Source: Oligoflexia bacterium
GTDB taxonomy: Bacteria; Bdellovibrionota; UBA1018
Assembly (NCBI GenBank): GCA_963758495.1
Contig: CAVWVI010000004.1
Location: forward strand, 288,001 to 352,000
Direction of reading: 5' to 3'
Length of the DNA: 64,000 bases
Position numbers and translations under genes: made by a program. The notes beneath the pieces were generated by a model. The model was not told the origin of the DNA, made no database searches, and worked only from the letters and a program-made list of their open reading frames with translations. Below are positions 10,095 through 18,855 of the stretch, piece after piece (within the stretch, counting starts at the first letter, position 1; each line of letters begins with the position of its first letter).

Positions 10095-12273
10095 AGTTCC
10101 AATCTCTACATTAGCTACCATTTGCAGCAGGGTATCTAGCTACTATCCAGATGCTAAACTCGATCTCTTAAAAAAAGCTTATGCTTTTGCAGACGAAGCT
10201 CACAGGGGTCAACTCAGATCGAGCGGCGAACCTTACATGATTCATCCCATCGCTGTTGCACAAACGCTTGCAGACTTACATCTGGATATTCTGAGCGTTG
10301 CCACAGGACTTCTCCATGATACCGTTGAAGATACACACGCTACTTTACCACAGATAGAAAAGGAATTTGGAAAAGACATTGCGGAACTCGTAGATGGAGT
10401 GACCAAACTTTCTCAAATCACATTTAAAACTTCGGAAGAAAAACAGGCAGAGAATTTTAGAAAAATGATCTTAGCCATGGCGAAAGACATTCGAGTGATT
10501 CTCGTTAAACTGGCCGATCGCTTAAACAATATGCGAACGTTGGAGCACCTGGCTCCTCTAAAACAGAAAATCATTGCGCAGGAAACTCTAGACATTTACG
10601 CCCCGATCGCTAACCGACTGGGCATTAGCTGGATTAAACTAGAATTAGAAGATCTTTGCCTCAGATACTTACATCCGGACGTTTATTATAAACTTGCACA
10701 AAAAGTAGCTAAAACTAAACGTGATCGAGAAAAATACATTGAAGAAGTAACCACGATTATCGAAGAAAAGCTTAAAGACTATGACATTAAAGGTCAAGTC
10801 ACAGGGAGAGCTAAACATTTTTATTCAATTTTTAAAAAAATGGAACGTCGAAAAGTGGATTATGAAGAAGTCTTCGACGTCATCGCCTTCAGAATTGTCG
10901 TAGATAACATTACTGAATGCTATAAGTCCTTAGGCGTTATTCATGCTACCTACAAGCCCGTTCCAGGCCGATTCAAAGATTACATTGCCATGCCAAAAGC
11001 AAATGCCTATCAGTCTCTCCACACTACGGTGATCGGGCCCCATGGAGAAAGAGTGGAAATACAAATTCGCACTCAAGACATGCATCAGGTAGCTGAAGCA
11101 GGAATCGCAGCTTATTGGAAATATAAAGAAGGAAAATTTGATAGTCGATCCAGAGAAAATGTAGAATGGGTCAATAGACTTCTTGAATGGCACAAAGATT
11201 TATCGGATCCGAATGAATTTCTAGAAACTGTCAAGATAGACCTCTTTGCAGAAGATGTTTTTGTTTTCACCCCAAAAGGTGGGGTCAAACAACTGAGCTA
11301 TGGCGCTTCACCCTTAGATTTTGCTTATGCAGTCCATACTGACATTGGTAATAAGTGCGTTGGCGCCAAGGTAAACGGTAAAATCGTACCACTCAAGCAT
11401 CGACTCAAATCCGGTGATACAGTCGATATTATTACATCCAACTCCCAAACTCCCTCTAAAGACTGGTTAAAGATTGTTAAAAGTTCTCGGGCAAAAGCAA
11501 AAATTCGCAGCTACATTAAAGAGCAAGAAAGAGATCGAGCATTAGAACTAGGGAAAGAAATTTTAGAAAAAGCGCTTCGACCTTATAGCCATACTCTCTC
11601 GAAACTTGAAAAATCAGGAGAGTTACTCAAAGCAGGGACCGAAATGGGTACCCGAACTGCGGAAGAACTCTACATCGCGATCGGTTATGGTCGCGTGACC
11701 ACCCAAGACTTGATTCCTAAATTAATTCCGAAAGAGGCACTCGAGAAGCGAATTGAAGCTGCAAAAGCTGGAGACCAGAGTTTTCTAAAACGTGTCTTCA
11801 ACGCCGCTAAAAAAAGAAGTGAGGCTCGGAATGCAATCAAAGTTGCTAATTTAGATGATGTCCTCATCCGATTTGGTCGATGCTGTAATCCTCTACCCGG
11901 TGATAGCATTATGGGATTCATTACTCGTGGCAGAGGAGTGACTGTTCATACAAGCACTTGCACAAAAGCTCTGGATAATGATCAAGAACGCAGAGTGGAT
12001 GTACAATGGAATATTTTAGGAAAAGGCAACATTAAGAGGCATGTCCGAATTCGCGTTGTCACTTTAGATGAACCGGGCTTACTTGCAATTATGTCTCAAA
12101 CAATTACTTCTTGTGGAATTAATATTGCTTCTGCCAATATCCGAACCACTAAAGATAAAAAAGCAATTGCTCTTTTCGACGTAGAAGTCGGGGATCTGGT
12201 TCAATTACAAAAAGTTACCAGTGCACTAGAGAGTAAACAAGGGGTCATTAGTGTAGAACGGCTCCGATCTTAG
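10087..12273 (+). CDS. spoT: bifunctional (p)ppGpp synthetase/hydrolase (Rel/SpoT)
   Basis: HD motif LHDTVED, KLADRL, synthetase RFKDY and EIQIRT, TGS domain, CCNP and ACT domain. Confidence 0.95.
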   Translation: MPKVPISTLATICSRVSSYYPDAKLDLLKKAYAFADEAHRGQLRSSGEPYMIHPIAVAQTLADLHLDILSVATGLLHDTVEDTHATLPQIEKEFGKDIAELVDGVTKLSQITFKTSEEKQAENFRKMILAMAKDIRVILVKLADRLNNMRTLEHLAPLKQKIIAQETLDIYAPIANRLGISWIKLELEDLCLRYLHPDVYYKLAQKVAKTKRDREKYIEEVTTIIEEKLKDYDIKGQVTGRAKHFYSIFKKMERRKVDYEEVFDVIAFRIVVDNITECYKSLGVIHATYKPVPGRFKDYIAMPKANAYQSLHTTVIGPHGERVEIQIRTQDMHQVAEAGIAAYWKYKEGKFDSRSRENVEWVNRLLEWHKDLSDPNEFLETVKIDLFAEDVFVFTPKGGVKQLSYGASPLDFAYAVHTDIGNKCVGAKVNGKIVPLKHRLKSGDTVDIITSNSQTPSKDWLKIVKSSRAKAKIRSYIKEQERDRALELGKEILEKALRPYSHTLSKLEKSGELLKAGTEMGTRTAEELYIAIGYGRVTTQDLIPKLIPKEALEKRIEAAKAGDQSFLKRVFNAAKKRSEARNAIKVANLDDVLIRFGRCCNPLPGDSIMGFITRGRGVTVHTSTCTKALDNDQERRVDVQWNILGKGNIKRHVRIRVVTLDEPGLLAIMSQTITSCGINIASANIRTTKDKKAIALFDVEVGDLVQLQKVTSALESKQGVISVERLRS

Positions 12274-12379
12274 CACAACGCACCGCAACTATAGTAAGCA
12301 TCTGGATTCATTGTTATTTTCAAAAAATGAGTCAAAAAAAAGCAAATTCGTATTGACTGCCATCAATTTTGAGGGAAAA

Positions 12380-13537
12380 ATGATGGCCATATATACAAGA
12401 TCGCTCAAGCCACCTAGTAAGAGTTTCTTTTTATTTGGCCCAAGGGGAACCGGAAAAAGTACGTGGGTAAAACGGCACTTCCCAAAAGCCGCCTATTTTG
12501 ATCTCTTGAGAGCGAATGTTTTTCTTCGCTTTCAGCAAGATCCCACCCTCTTTAGAAAGGAAGTTGAAGTTTTTTCCTCTGGAAGTTGGGTAGTAATTGA
12601 TGAAGTTCAAAAACTTCCTATTCTATTAGACGAAGTGCATTCCCTCATTGAGGATAATGGCCTTAAGTTTGTGCTGACTGGCTCAAGCGCGAGGAAAATA
12701 AAACGACAAGGAGCAAATCTCCTTGCTGGCCGAGCAATTACTAAATATTTTTTTCCACTGACGCATGAAGAGTTACAAGCTGACTTTGTACTTGAAGAAA
12801 TTTTAAAATTTGGTTCTCTTCCGTCAGTTCTAGCCGAAAAAACTGTGGAGGGAAAAATTGAGTTCTTGGAATCTTACACTACAACTTATCTGAAAGAAGA
12901 AATTCAGCAAGAGGCTGCTGTAAAAAATCTTTCATCTTTCACTCGATTTTTAACAATTGCGGCTATTTCGAATGGTCAAAAAATTAATCTTTCAAATTTA
13001 GCACGAGATGCGGGCGTTGCTCGTCCGACTGCGCAAGGATATTTTCAAGTGCTTATTGATACATTGGTAGGAAGCATACTTCCTGCGTGGTCCATAAAAT
13101 TACGTATCAAGGAAGTTGATCACCCGAAATTCTATTTCTTCGATTCCGGAACGGTTCGATCTCTTTTGGATCGACTGCGAGATCCCTTAGATTTAATCGA
13201 AAAAGAAATATTATTTGAAACTTATATTCTTCATGAATTAAGAGCACATATTTCTACTCGATCTTTGGGTGGAGAGTTCTACTATTGGGGAACCCACGGT
13301 GGTCTTGAGGCTGATTTTATTTGGGCCAGGGGTAAAAGTGCAATGGGTTTTGAAATTAAATCTAGCCAGCGTTGGAAGTCTGAATATTCTAGTGCCTTAA
13401 GAATTTTACTGGATGAAAAAAAAATTCAGAAAGCCTTTGGAGTTTATCTGGGGTCAGAAATTCTTTCAGATCGAGGAATTCTTATTTTACCCCTAAAAGA
13501 ATTTTTTAAACGACTCCAGAATAATGAAATATTTTAA
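12380..13537 (+). CDS. AAA_14 / DUF4143-type ATPase with C-terminal PD-(D/E)xK-like tail
   Basis: GPRGTGKS, IDEVQK, LTGSS, LAGRA, KFYFFDSG, EADF...FEIK. Confidence 0.85.
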   Translation: MMAIYTRSLKPPSKSFFLFGPRGTGKSTWVKRHFPKAAYFDLLRANVFLRFQQDPTLFRKEVEVFSSGSWVVIDEVQKLPILLDEVHSLIEDNGLKFVLTGSSARKIKRQGANLLAGRAITKYFFPLTHEELQADFVLEEILKFGSLPSVLAEKTVEGKIEFLESYTTTYLKEEIQQEAAVKNLSSFTRFLTIAAISNGQKINLSNLARDAGVARPTAQGYFQVLIDTLVGSILPAWSIKLRIKEVDHPKFYFFDSGTVRSLLDRLRDPLDLIEKEILFETYILHELRAHISTRSLGGEFYYWGTHGGLEADFIWARGKSAMGFEIKSSQRWKSEYSSALRILLDEKKIQKAFGVYLGSEILSDRGILILPLKEFFKRLQNNEIF

Positions 13538-13564
13538 CGCTCAAGTATCTTACTAATGATAATC

Positions 13565-13606
13565 TATGCAGTACTTGTCAACAACCCCTAAAGGAACTGC
13601 TTACAT
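13565..13606. repeat. short palindromic intergenic repeat (TATGCAGT...CCTAAAGGAACTGCTTA family)
   Basis: Shares CTTGTCAACA and AAGG(A/T)ACTGCTTACAT with the element ending near 47503, and CCTAA(A/C)GGAA with 45286 and 55133. Confidence 0.5.
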
Positions 13607-13730
13607 ACATTCGTATTACACTTTTTTGATGGAGACCCCAAAAAGTGTACAAGCATTAGTGAAGTGTTGATCAAACTATAAAAAGTAGTTTTGTGCAAAT
13701 TTTAAGTCCTTGAATTTAAAAGGTAAAATC

Positions 13731-13746
13731 TGGCACATCAGTTGCT
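13731..13746 (+). promoter_or_regulatory. sigma-54 (-24/-12) promoter of the toxin gene
   Basis: TGGCAC-ATCAG-TTGCT is an exact match to TGGCAC-N5-TTGCW, 38 bp before the first ATG. Confidence 0.75.
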
Positions 13747-13784
13747 TTATATTAAATAACTAATATTTATATTTATTTAATATT

Positions 13785-15755
13785 ATGATCGGAAAAATTA
13801 TGTTTATGAAGTTGATTAAGCACCTAACTATCTCTTTAGACACGATAAAAGTAGGAATCTTGTGTACATCGTTTGCTCTAATCTCTGTACCTCAAGCTCA
13901 AGCAATATCAAATTCGGCAAATGATCGCGGTCTATCTAGAATTTTTCAGTCAGTGCCTTCACAACCCTCACAGCAGAGGTCGACGCCTGGTCCGGTTTAT
14001 AACCAACCTGGGCCATCAAATAATGTTCGAGTTCGCCCGCAATTTAATGTCCCTGGGCCACAGCAGTCTTCGAACATGTATGGATTTTTTGGGATGCAAC
14101 AAGTTCAAATGTTTAATGCCCAACTTCAACAGCAACAATTTAATTACCAGCTCCAACAACAACAATTTGATGTGATGCTTCGGCAACAGGAAAATGAGTA
14201 TCAAAAATTACTTACACTCGCAAGGCAACTAGGAGGACTTGAGGATCAGGTCGAGCTGTTAACATGGGCAATGAAAAATTTTAGAGATTTTGTGAAACAA
14301 CATCGACATAGACGTCAGACTACATCTGATGTGGCAGAGTTTTCACAAGTTCTACAAAATTTTAATAATCCTCAACGACGAATTGAAGGAGAACAACAAC
14401 GGCGTAGTGACACCGAGAATCAACGAAGAATTGAAGCTGAAAGACAGCGTCGACTTCAAATTGAAAGGCAACAGGAGATTGAAGCTGAAAATCAACGTAA
14501 TCGGGAGTTAGAAAGAAAACAAAGATATGAAGCTGAAGAACGTCGACTTGAAGAGTTAAATCAAAAAAGAATTGAAGAAGAGCGAAGACAACTTATTGCT
14601 AAAGCTGAGCGGGCAGCAATTGCTGAACAGAAAAAAATAGACAGCGAATATATGCAAAAAATGAATAAATTTAATAGACTCGAAGCCCTCGTTGACACGC
14701 CTCCATTAGAAAGTGAACAACGACCAAGAATCGGTGAAGATTCTAGTCCATGGCAGAAAAAGCGTCTTGCAATGCTTGAAACTATGGATAAGCCACTTAT
14801 TCCTAATCCTGAGGATGGTTTATTTCTTGGGAGTGCTGTTGGACTTGGGAAGTTTGCACTAAAAGGTATAGCTAAAGCAGCAATCTCTGGTGCAGGCAAA
14901 GTATTTTGCTTTCCTGGTGAAACCCCGATTTGTATAAAAGATGATAGCGTGATGGGTTACCATTCGGAACCGATTGCATCGATACAAGTGGGTGACACTG
15001 TTGCAAGCTGTAATCTAGAATTAGGTGAAGAGGCTTGTGAATGCCGTCAAGTACAACAGGTATTTAAAAATACCGCTGACCACTTGATTCAGCTTTCTTT
15101 TGATGGAAAAATATTAAAAACTACAGATGAACACCCATTCTATGTTGTAAATAAAAAGGATTGGGTTGAAGCTCGATATCTTCGAATTGGGGATCAACTT
15201 CAGAGCATCTCAGGAGAGATTGTTCTTTTAGATGATATCAGTGAAGAGTATGGTCAATTTGATGTTTATAATTTAGATGTCCAAGGGAATCATAATTATT
15301 ATGCGGCTGATGTTTTAGTTCACAATTGTAATGAAGGTTCTAAAGTTGCAGCTGAACTTGTGGCTAGTAATGCACTACGACGAGCTGAGATATTTGCTGC
15401 TATAGAGAGTAGAGCAGCGAGAAAGGATTGGCCTAAGGTTGTCAAAACGGTGGAGGGGAGGAATGTTCTTCAAGATCTTTTCCATCTAAAAAGCCAGAAA
15501 GGTTTGACAGATATTTCCGATGGAACTAGAAAACAAGCCGAGGTGATTGGTGAAGCTTGGGTTAATGGAAAGTACGTTAGACGATTTGATTTAGGTAATG
15601 GCGGATATGGCATAACTGATGGAACTAGAACGTTTCGTCTGCAATTTAAACCTAAGGCTGGAGCTTGGAAAAGTAATTTTCAAGAAAATGTAGTCAGTGA
15701 TAAAGGTATTATTACTGAAATAAAGAACGTCCACATGTCAATTACAGACATGTAA
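13785..15755 (+). CDS. secreted polymorphic toxin: signal peptide, Q/P-rich region, coiled coil, HINT, Ntox7-like putative RNase tip
   Basis: Signal ...FALISVPQAQA; HINT from CFPGETP (14907) through TTDEHPF to VLVHN/C (15326); tip with GEAWV, DGTRTFR, SNFQ and NVH motifs. The start could be 13785, 13800 or 13806. Confidence 0.85.
   Translation: MIGKIMFMKLIKHLTISLDTIKVGILCTSFALISVPQAQAISNSANDRGLSRIFQSVPSQPSQQRSTPGPVYNQPGPSNNVRVRPQFNVPGPQQSSNMYGFFGMQQVQMFNAQLQQQQFNYQLQQQQFDVMLRQQENEYQKLLTLARQLGGLEDQVELLTWAMKNFRDFVKQHRHRRQTTSDVAEFSQVLQNFNNPQRRIEGEQQRRSDTENQRRIEAERQRRLQIERQQEIEAENQRNRELERKQRYEAEERRLEELNQKRIEEERRQLIAKAERAAIAEQKKIDSEYMQKMNKFNRLEALVDTPPLESEQRPRIGEDSSPWQKKRLAMLETMDKPLIPNPEDGLFLGSAVGLGKFALKGIAKAAISGAGKVFCFPGETPICIKDDSVMGYHSEPIASIQVGDTVASCNLELGEEACECRQVQQVFKNTADHLIQLSFDGKILKTTDEHPFYVVNKKDWVEARYLRIGDQLQSISGEIVLLDDISEEYGQFDVYNLDVQGNHNYYAADVLVHNCNEGSKVAAELVASNALRRAEIFAAIESRAARKDWPKVVKTVEGRNVLQDLFHLKSQKGLTDISDGTRKQAEVIGEAWVNGKYVRRFDLGNGGYGITDGTRTFRLQFKPKAGAWKSNFQENVVSDKGIITEIKNVHMSITDM
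14956..15338 (+). repeat. 383-bp direct repeat, copy 1 (HINT-coding DNA)
   Basis: Matches 16142-16524 with 6 mismatches by manual alignment. Confidence 0.95.
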
Positions 15756-15763
15756 GGTGAATT

Positions 15764-16090
15764 ATGAGTTATTTTAAAGTTAAAGACATAAATATTATTA
15801 CTGAAATACACGACGAAGAATATAAAAATTTTTATATTCAGGCGCACTGTGAAATTATCGAGGCAACGAATCCTATAGGAGGCGAAGCTATTATAGTCAA
15901 CATCGTTAGTCCACTCTATTTGGAGAACAATCTTGAAAATTCTATTAAATTCGGTCGTGGATTAATTCTGTGTAATGATTATGATAAACTCAAAATAATG
16001 AATCAGCTTCAATCTTTAATCGAAAAAAGTAAATCAAATACTTGGCAAGAACTTTCAATATATATTGAAAAATATTTTAATTGGGTCTGA
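15764..16090 (+). CDS. immunity protein, Imm8-like
   Basis: 8 bp after the toxin stop; GGEAIIVNIVSP.YL...GRGLIL..DYD...W.EL...IEKYFNW pattern. Confidence 0.75.
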   Translation: MSYFKVKDINIITEIHDEEYKNFYIQAHCEIIEATNPIGGEAIIVNIVSPLYLENNLENSIKFGRGLILCNDYDKLKIMNQLQSLIEKSKSNTWQELSIYIEKYFNWV

Positions 16091-16141
16091 TATAGTAATT
16101 AATATTAAATAACTATTATATAAAACGTAATAACTCGGAGA

Positions 16142-16524
16142 GTTACCATTCTGAACCGATTGCATCGATACAAGTGGGTGACACTGTTGCAAGCTGTAAT
16201 CTAGAATTAGGTGAAGAGGCTTGTGAATGCCGTCAAGTACAACAGGTATTTAAAAACACTGCTGACCATTTGATTCAGCTTTCTTTTGATGGAAAAATAT
16301 TAAAAACTACAGATGAACACCCATTCTATGTTGTAAATAAAAAGGATTGGGTTGAAGCTCGATATCTTCGAATTGGGGATCAACTTCAGAGCATCTCAGG
16401 AGATATTGTTCTTTTAGATGATATTAGTGAAGAGTATGGTCAATTTGATGTTTATAATTTAGATGTCCAAGGGAATCATAATTATTATGCGGCTGATGTT
16501 TTAGTTCACAATTGTAATGAAGGT
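16142..16524 (+). repeat. 383-bp direct repeat, copy 2 (HINT-coding DNA)
   Basis: Offset 1186 bp from copy 1. Confidence 0.95.
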
Positions 16525-16854
16525 GCTAAAGTAGCCGCTAGAGCTGCCTTAGCCGAAAGCACTAGTGCAGTACAAGCATTAAATCTAAGTAAATCACTTG
16601 CTAGTGAAGCACAAATAGCTGAGGTAGGAACCAGAATCGCAGGTGAAGGTGCAAAAGAAATATTTCGAGATGCGTTAAAAGCGGCTGAGAGATACGGTGG
16701 CTCAGCAAGTGATTACGTGAAAATGAGTAGTTCTGCTTTTGCAGCTAAGGACGGAATGAAGATGTCAACTCATTGGATTCAAAATATCGTAACAGGAAGT
16801 CAACACGAAGTGAAAACGATTGTAAATGAATTTGTAAGATCTAGAAAAAATTGA
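16142..16854 (+). pseudogene. orphan toxin cassette: N-truncated HINT plus alternative toxin tip
   Basis: Lacks the HINT Cys1 block, the signal peptide and an adjacent RBS. The track start (GTG 16174) is an internal Val of the HINT. The tip after VHN/C differs from toxin 1. Confidence 0.85.
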
Positions 16855-16862
16855 GGTTTAGA

Positions 16863-17216
16863 ATGGAACATCTATCACATAATGAATTCGTATCAAAAAA
16901 AAGATGTGAATTAAGAGAATTGGCCAATAAATTAATTAATAATGACATAGACGTTATTGATGGCTGTAGACACATTGTTGACATATTTAACCAAATTGAC
17001 TTTCCTGAGTCAGACACTTATTTCTACTTTGTAGGCATTGTCTCGCAGACTGATGATATACCAAGAGGCACTTATCGAGACTTATGCGCTCCTTTATTCT
17101 TAAAGAAAAAAGATGAAGAAGCAACCGACTTCATTCGACAAATAAAATCTAATCTTATTAAAAATTGCTATGAGCTAATTACCGCTCTAAAGAATCAAGA
17201 TAATGAATGCCCATAA
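16863..17216 (+). CDS. putative immunity protein for the orphan tip (DUF2489-like)
   Basis: RBS GAGG overlaps the tip stop; DGCRHI...SQTDDIPRG.YR...K.DEE helical pattern. Confidence 0.65.
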   Translation: MEHLSHNEFVSKKRCELRELANKLINNDIDVIDGCRHIVDIFNQIDFPESDTYFYFVGIVSQTDDIPRGTYRDLCAPLFLKKKDEEATDFIRQIKSNLIKNCYELITALKNQDNECP

Positions 17217-17217
17217 A

Positions 17218-17431
17218 ATGCATTTTATACCTAGGGACACTTTTCCACATAAAAATCCGCACGGTCATGTAGAGGAACTAAATAGTGAATTATATCTTTA
17301 ATGAAATCGAAATTAATACTTTTAAATTAATCCTAACTTACGCCGAATATGAATCATTATTTTCAAAACTTGTGAATAAGGGTGCCGTTAGCGGAATTGC
17401 TTTCAATGAGGTCCTAGCTCAAGTAAAATAA
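17218..17431 (+). pseudogene. possible remnants of a third toxin tip and immunity gene
   Basis: 17218-17301 reads MHFIPRDTFPHKNPHGHVEELNSELYL; an overlapping 48-aa ORF lies at 17285-17431. Confidence 0.35.
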
Positions 17432-17448
17432 AAGAAGGTCTAAATAAG

Positions 17449-17772
17449 TTGGGAAATCTTGTTAATCAATTATCATATCAGAGCTCAGATCAAAATAAAA
17501 TTAGAATGCAATTAGAAGGTGTACATGAGATTTTACAAGACTACAGGGACCATTTAGATGATATAAATGGTCCTCTCGGTGTAGAACATTTAAATATTAT
17601 CGAAAAAAGTTTAAATGTGGCGGATCAAAATTTAAACAAAGCTGCTGAAAATGTTTCTCGCGCGGATACTCAGAATGTATCCTATTATTTAAAAAATAAT
17701 ATTAAAGAGTTAAAAAACAAAATAAATGAGTATAGGTTAAATCGGTTGAAAGCAGAGCACATGCCGAATTGA
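17449..17772 (+). CDS. hypothetical helical protein or gene fragment
   Basis: 107-aa ORF with TTG start, co-oriented with the toxin locus; no recognised motif. Confidence 0.4.
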   Translation: MGNLVNQLSYQSSDQNKIRMQLEGVHEILQDYRDHLDDINGPLGVEHLNIIEKSLNVADQNLNKAAENVSRADTQNVSYYLKNNIKELKNKINEYRLNRLKAEHMPN

Positions 17773-17903
17773 CACTCATGTTACTACCCGTGTTTGTATT
17801 TCCTTCATTACAAACAGAATCGCTATTCCCATTTGTAGTGGTTGTGTAAGTCCCCTCTGCAATTGTCCATACAATATTATTTTTAACTACTAAGACCATG
17901 CAG

Positions 17904-18725
17904 TTAACCGGCCATGAGGGTCACCATTTCAAGCAATCCACCCACAGTGAGTGACGGCTCCAAACCTACTGGATAACTATTTATAGAATCCTCATTTTTG
18001 ATTAAAACACTTGGCATTCCAGCATTTTTAGCAAATAAAATATCAGACTCGAGCCTATCACCCACCATCACACAATCTTCAACTTTCCAATTAAGTTTAT
18101 TTAATATAATTTCTAACATCAAAAGATTGGGCTTTCCAACTACAACTGTAGGTTGCCTTTGAGAAGCTCCAATAAAAGCACCTACCACTGCACCACATCC
18201 AGGCAAAAGAACTCCATTGTCTGTTGGAAAATAAGCATCTTGATTACAAACAATAAAGGGAACGCCACGAATTAATGCCCTTAGACCTTGTGAAATTTTC
18301 TCATAATTAAAATCTGGATCAAGCCCAACCACAAAAGCGTTACATTTCTCTGGTGAAACAAGTCTGATCCCTTCGCTTTGCAAGAGACTCTTCAGATTGT
18401 CTGTTCCAATAGCATAAACTCCTTTTTCTAATAGGCTGGATTGGCTCTTTAAATAAAATACCAGGCCATTAACAGAAGTCAGTACGTCTTCGAGATGACA
18501 AGAGATACCCAAAGTGAGTAACTTTTTATGAATATCAACGTTGGATCGGCTAGAGTTATTGGTAACAAATGCTATTTTTTTCTTGAGTTGTTTGAGCCGA
18601 TGGATTGCTTCTATTGCGCCAGGGATAGCTTTCCTCCCACGATAGATCACTCCATCCAAATCAATAATAAAACAAGATCTAGATAGAATTTTCTCTAACG
18701 AAGAAATCATATAATCATGATCCAT
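17904..18725 (-). CDS. HAD-superfamily subfamily IIA hydrolase (NagD-like)
   Basis: DLDGVIY, VTNNSS, VGKP, MVGDRLESDI. Confidence 0.92.
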   Translation of the reverse strand: MDHDYMISSLEKILSRSCFIIDLDGVIYRGRKAIPGAIEAIHRLKQLKKKIAFVTNNSSRSNVDIHKKLLTLGISCHLEDVLTSVNGLVFYLKSQSSLLEKGVYAIGTDNLKSLLQSEGIRLVSPEKCNAFVVGLDPDFNYEKISQGLRALIRGVPFIVCNQDAYFPTDNGVLLPGCGAVVGAFIGASQRQPTVVVGKPNLLMLEIILNKLNWKVEDCVMVGDRLESDILFAKNAGMPSVLIKNEDSINSYPVGLEPSLTVGGLLEMVTLMAG

Positions 18726-18855
18726 TGATTCAATTATACCATCTTCTCATTTTCTATTGATGAAAATTATGGCGCAAACTATTATTTCAAGTCAAGAATA
18801 ATCCTACTAGGCATTCGGATTCAAGGAGAACTGACTGACTGAAAAAATGTATTTT

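Noticed and set aside
14090..14600. CAA/GAA-rich repetitive DNA considered as a CRISPR array or DGR template
   Set aside because: It is low-complexity coding sequence for Gln-rich and coiled-coil regions, with no fixed repeat-spacer period and no similarity to 60298-60479.
14907..15326. Mobile intein with homing endonuclease
   Set aside because: Only 140 aa, no endonuclease insert, and the host is a toxin precursor rather than a conserved enzyme.
17702..17899. 65-aa Thr/Asn-rich minus-strand ORF
   Set aside because: It overlaps the convergent ORF and has no recognisable motif; it may be a fragment but cannot be supported.
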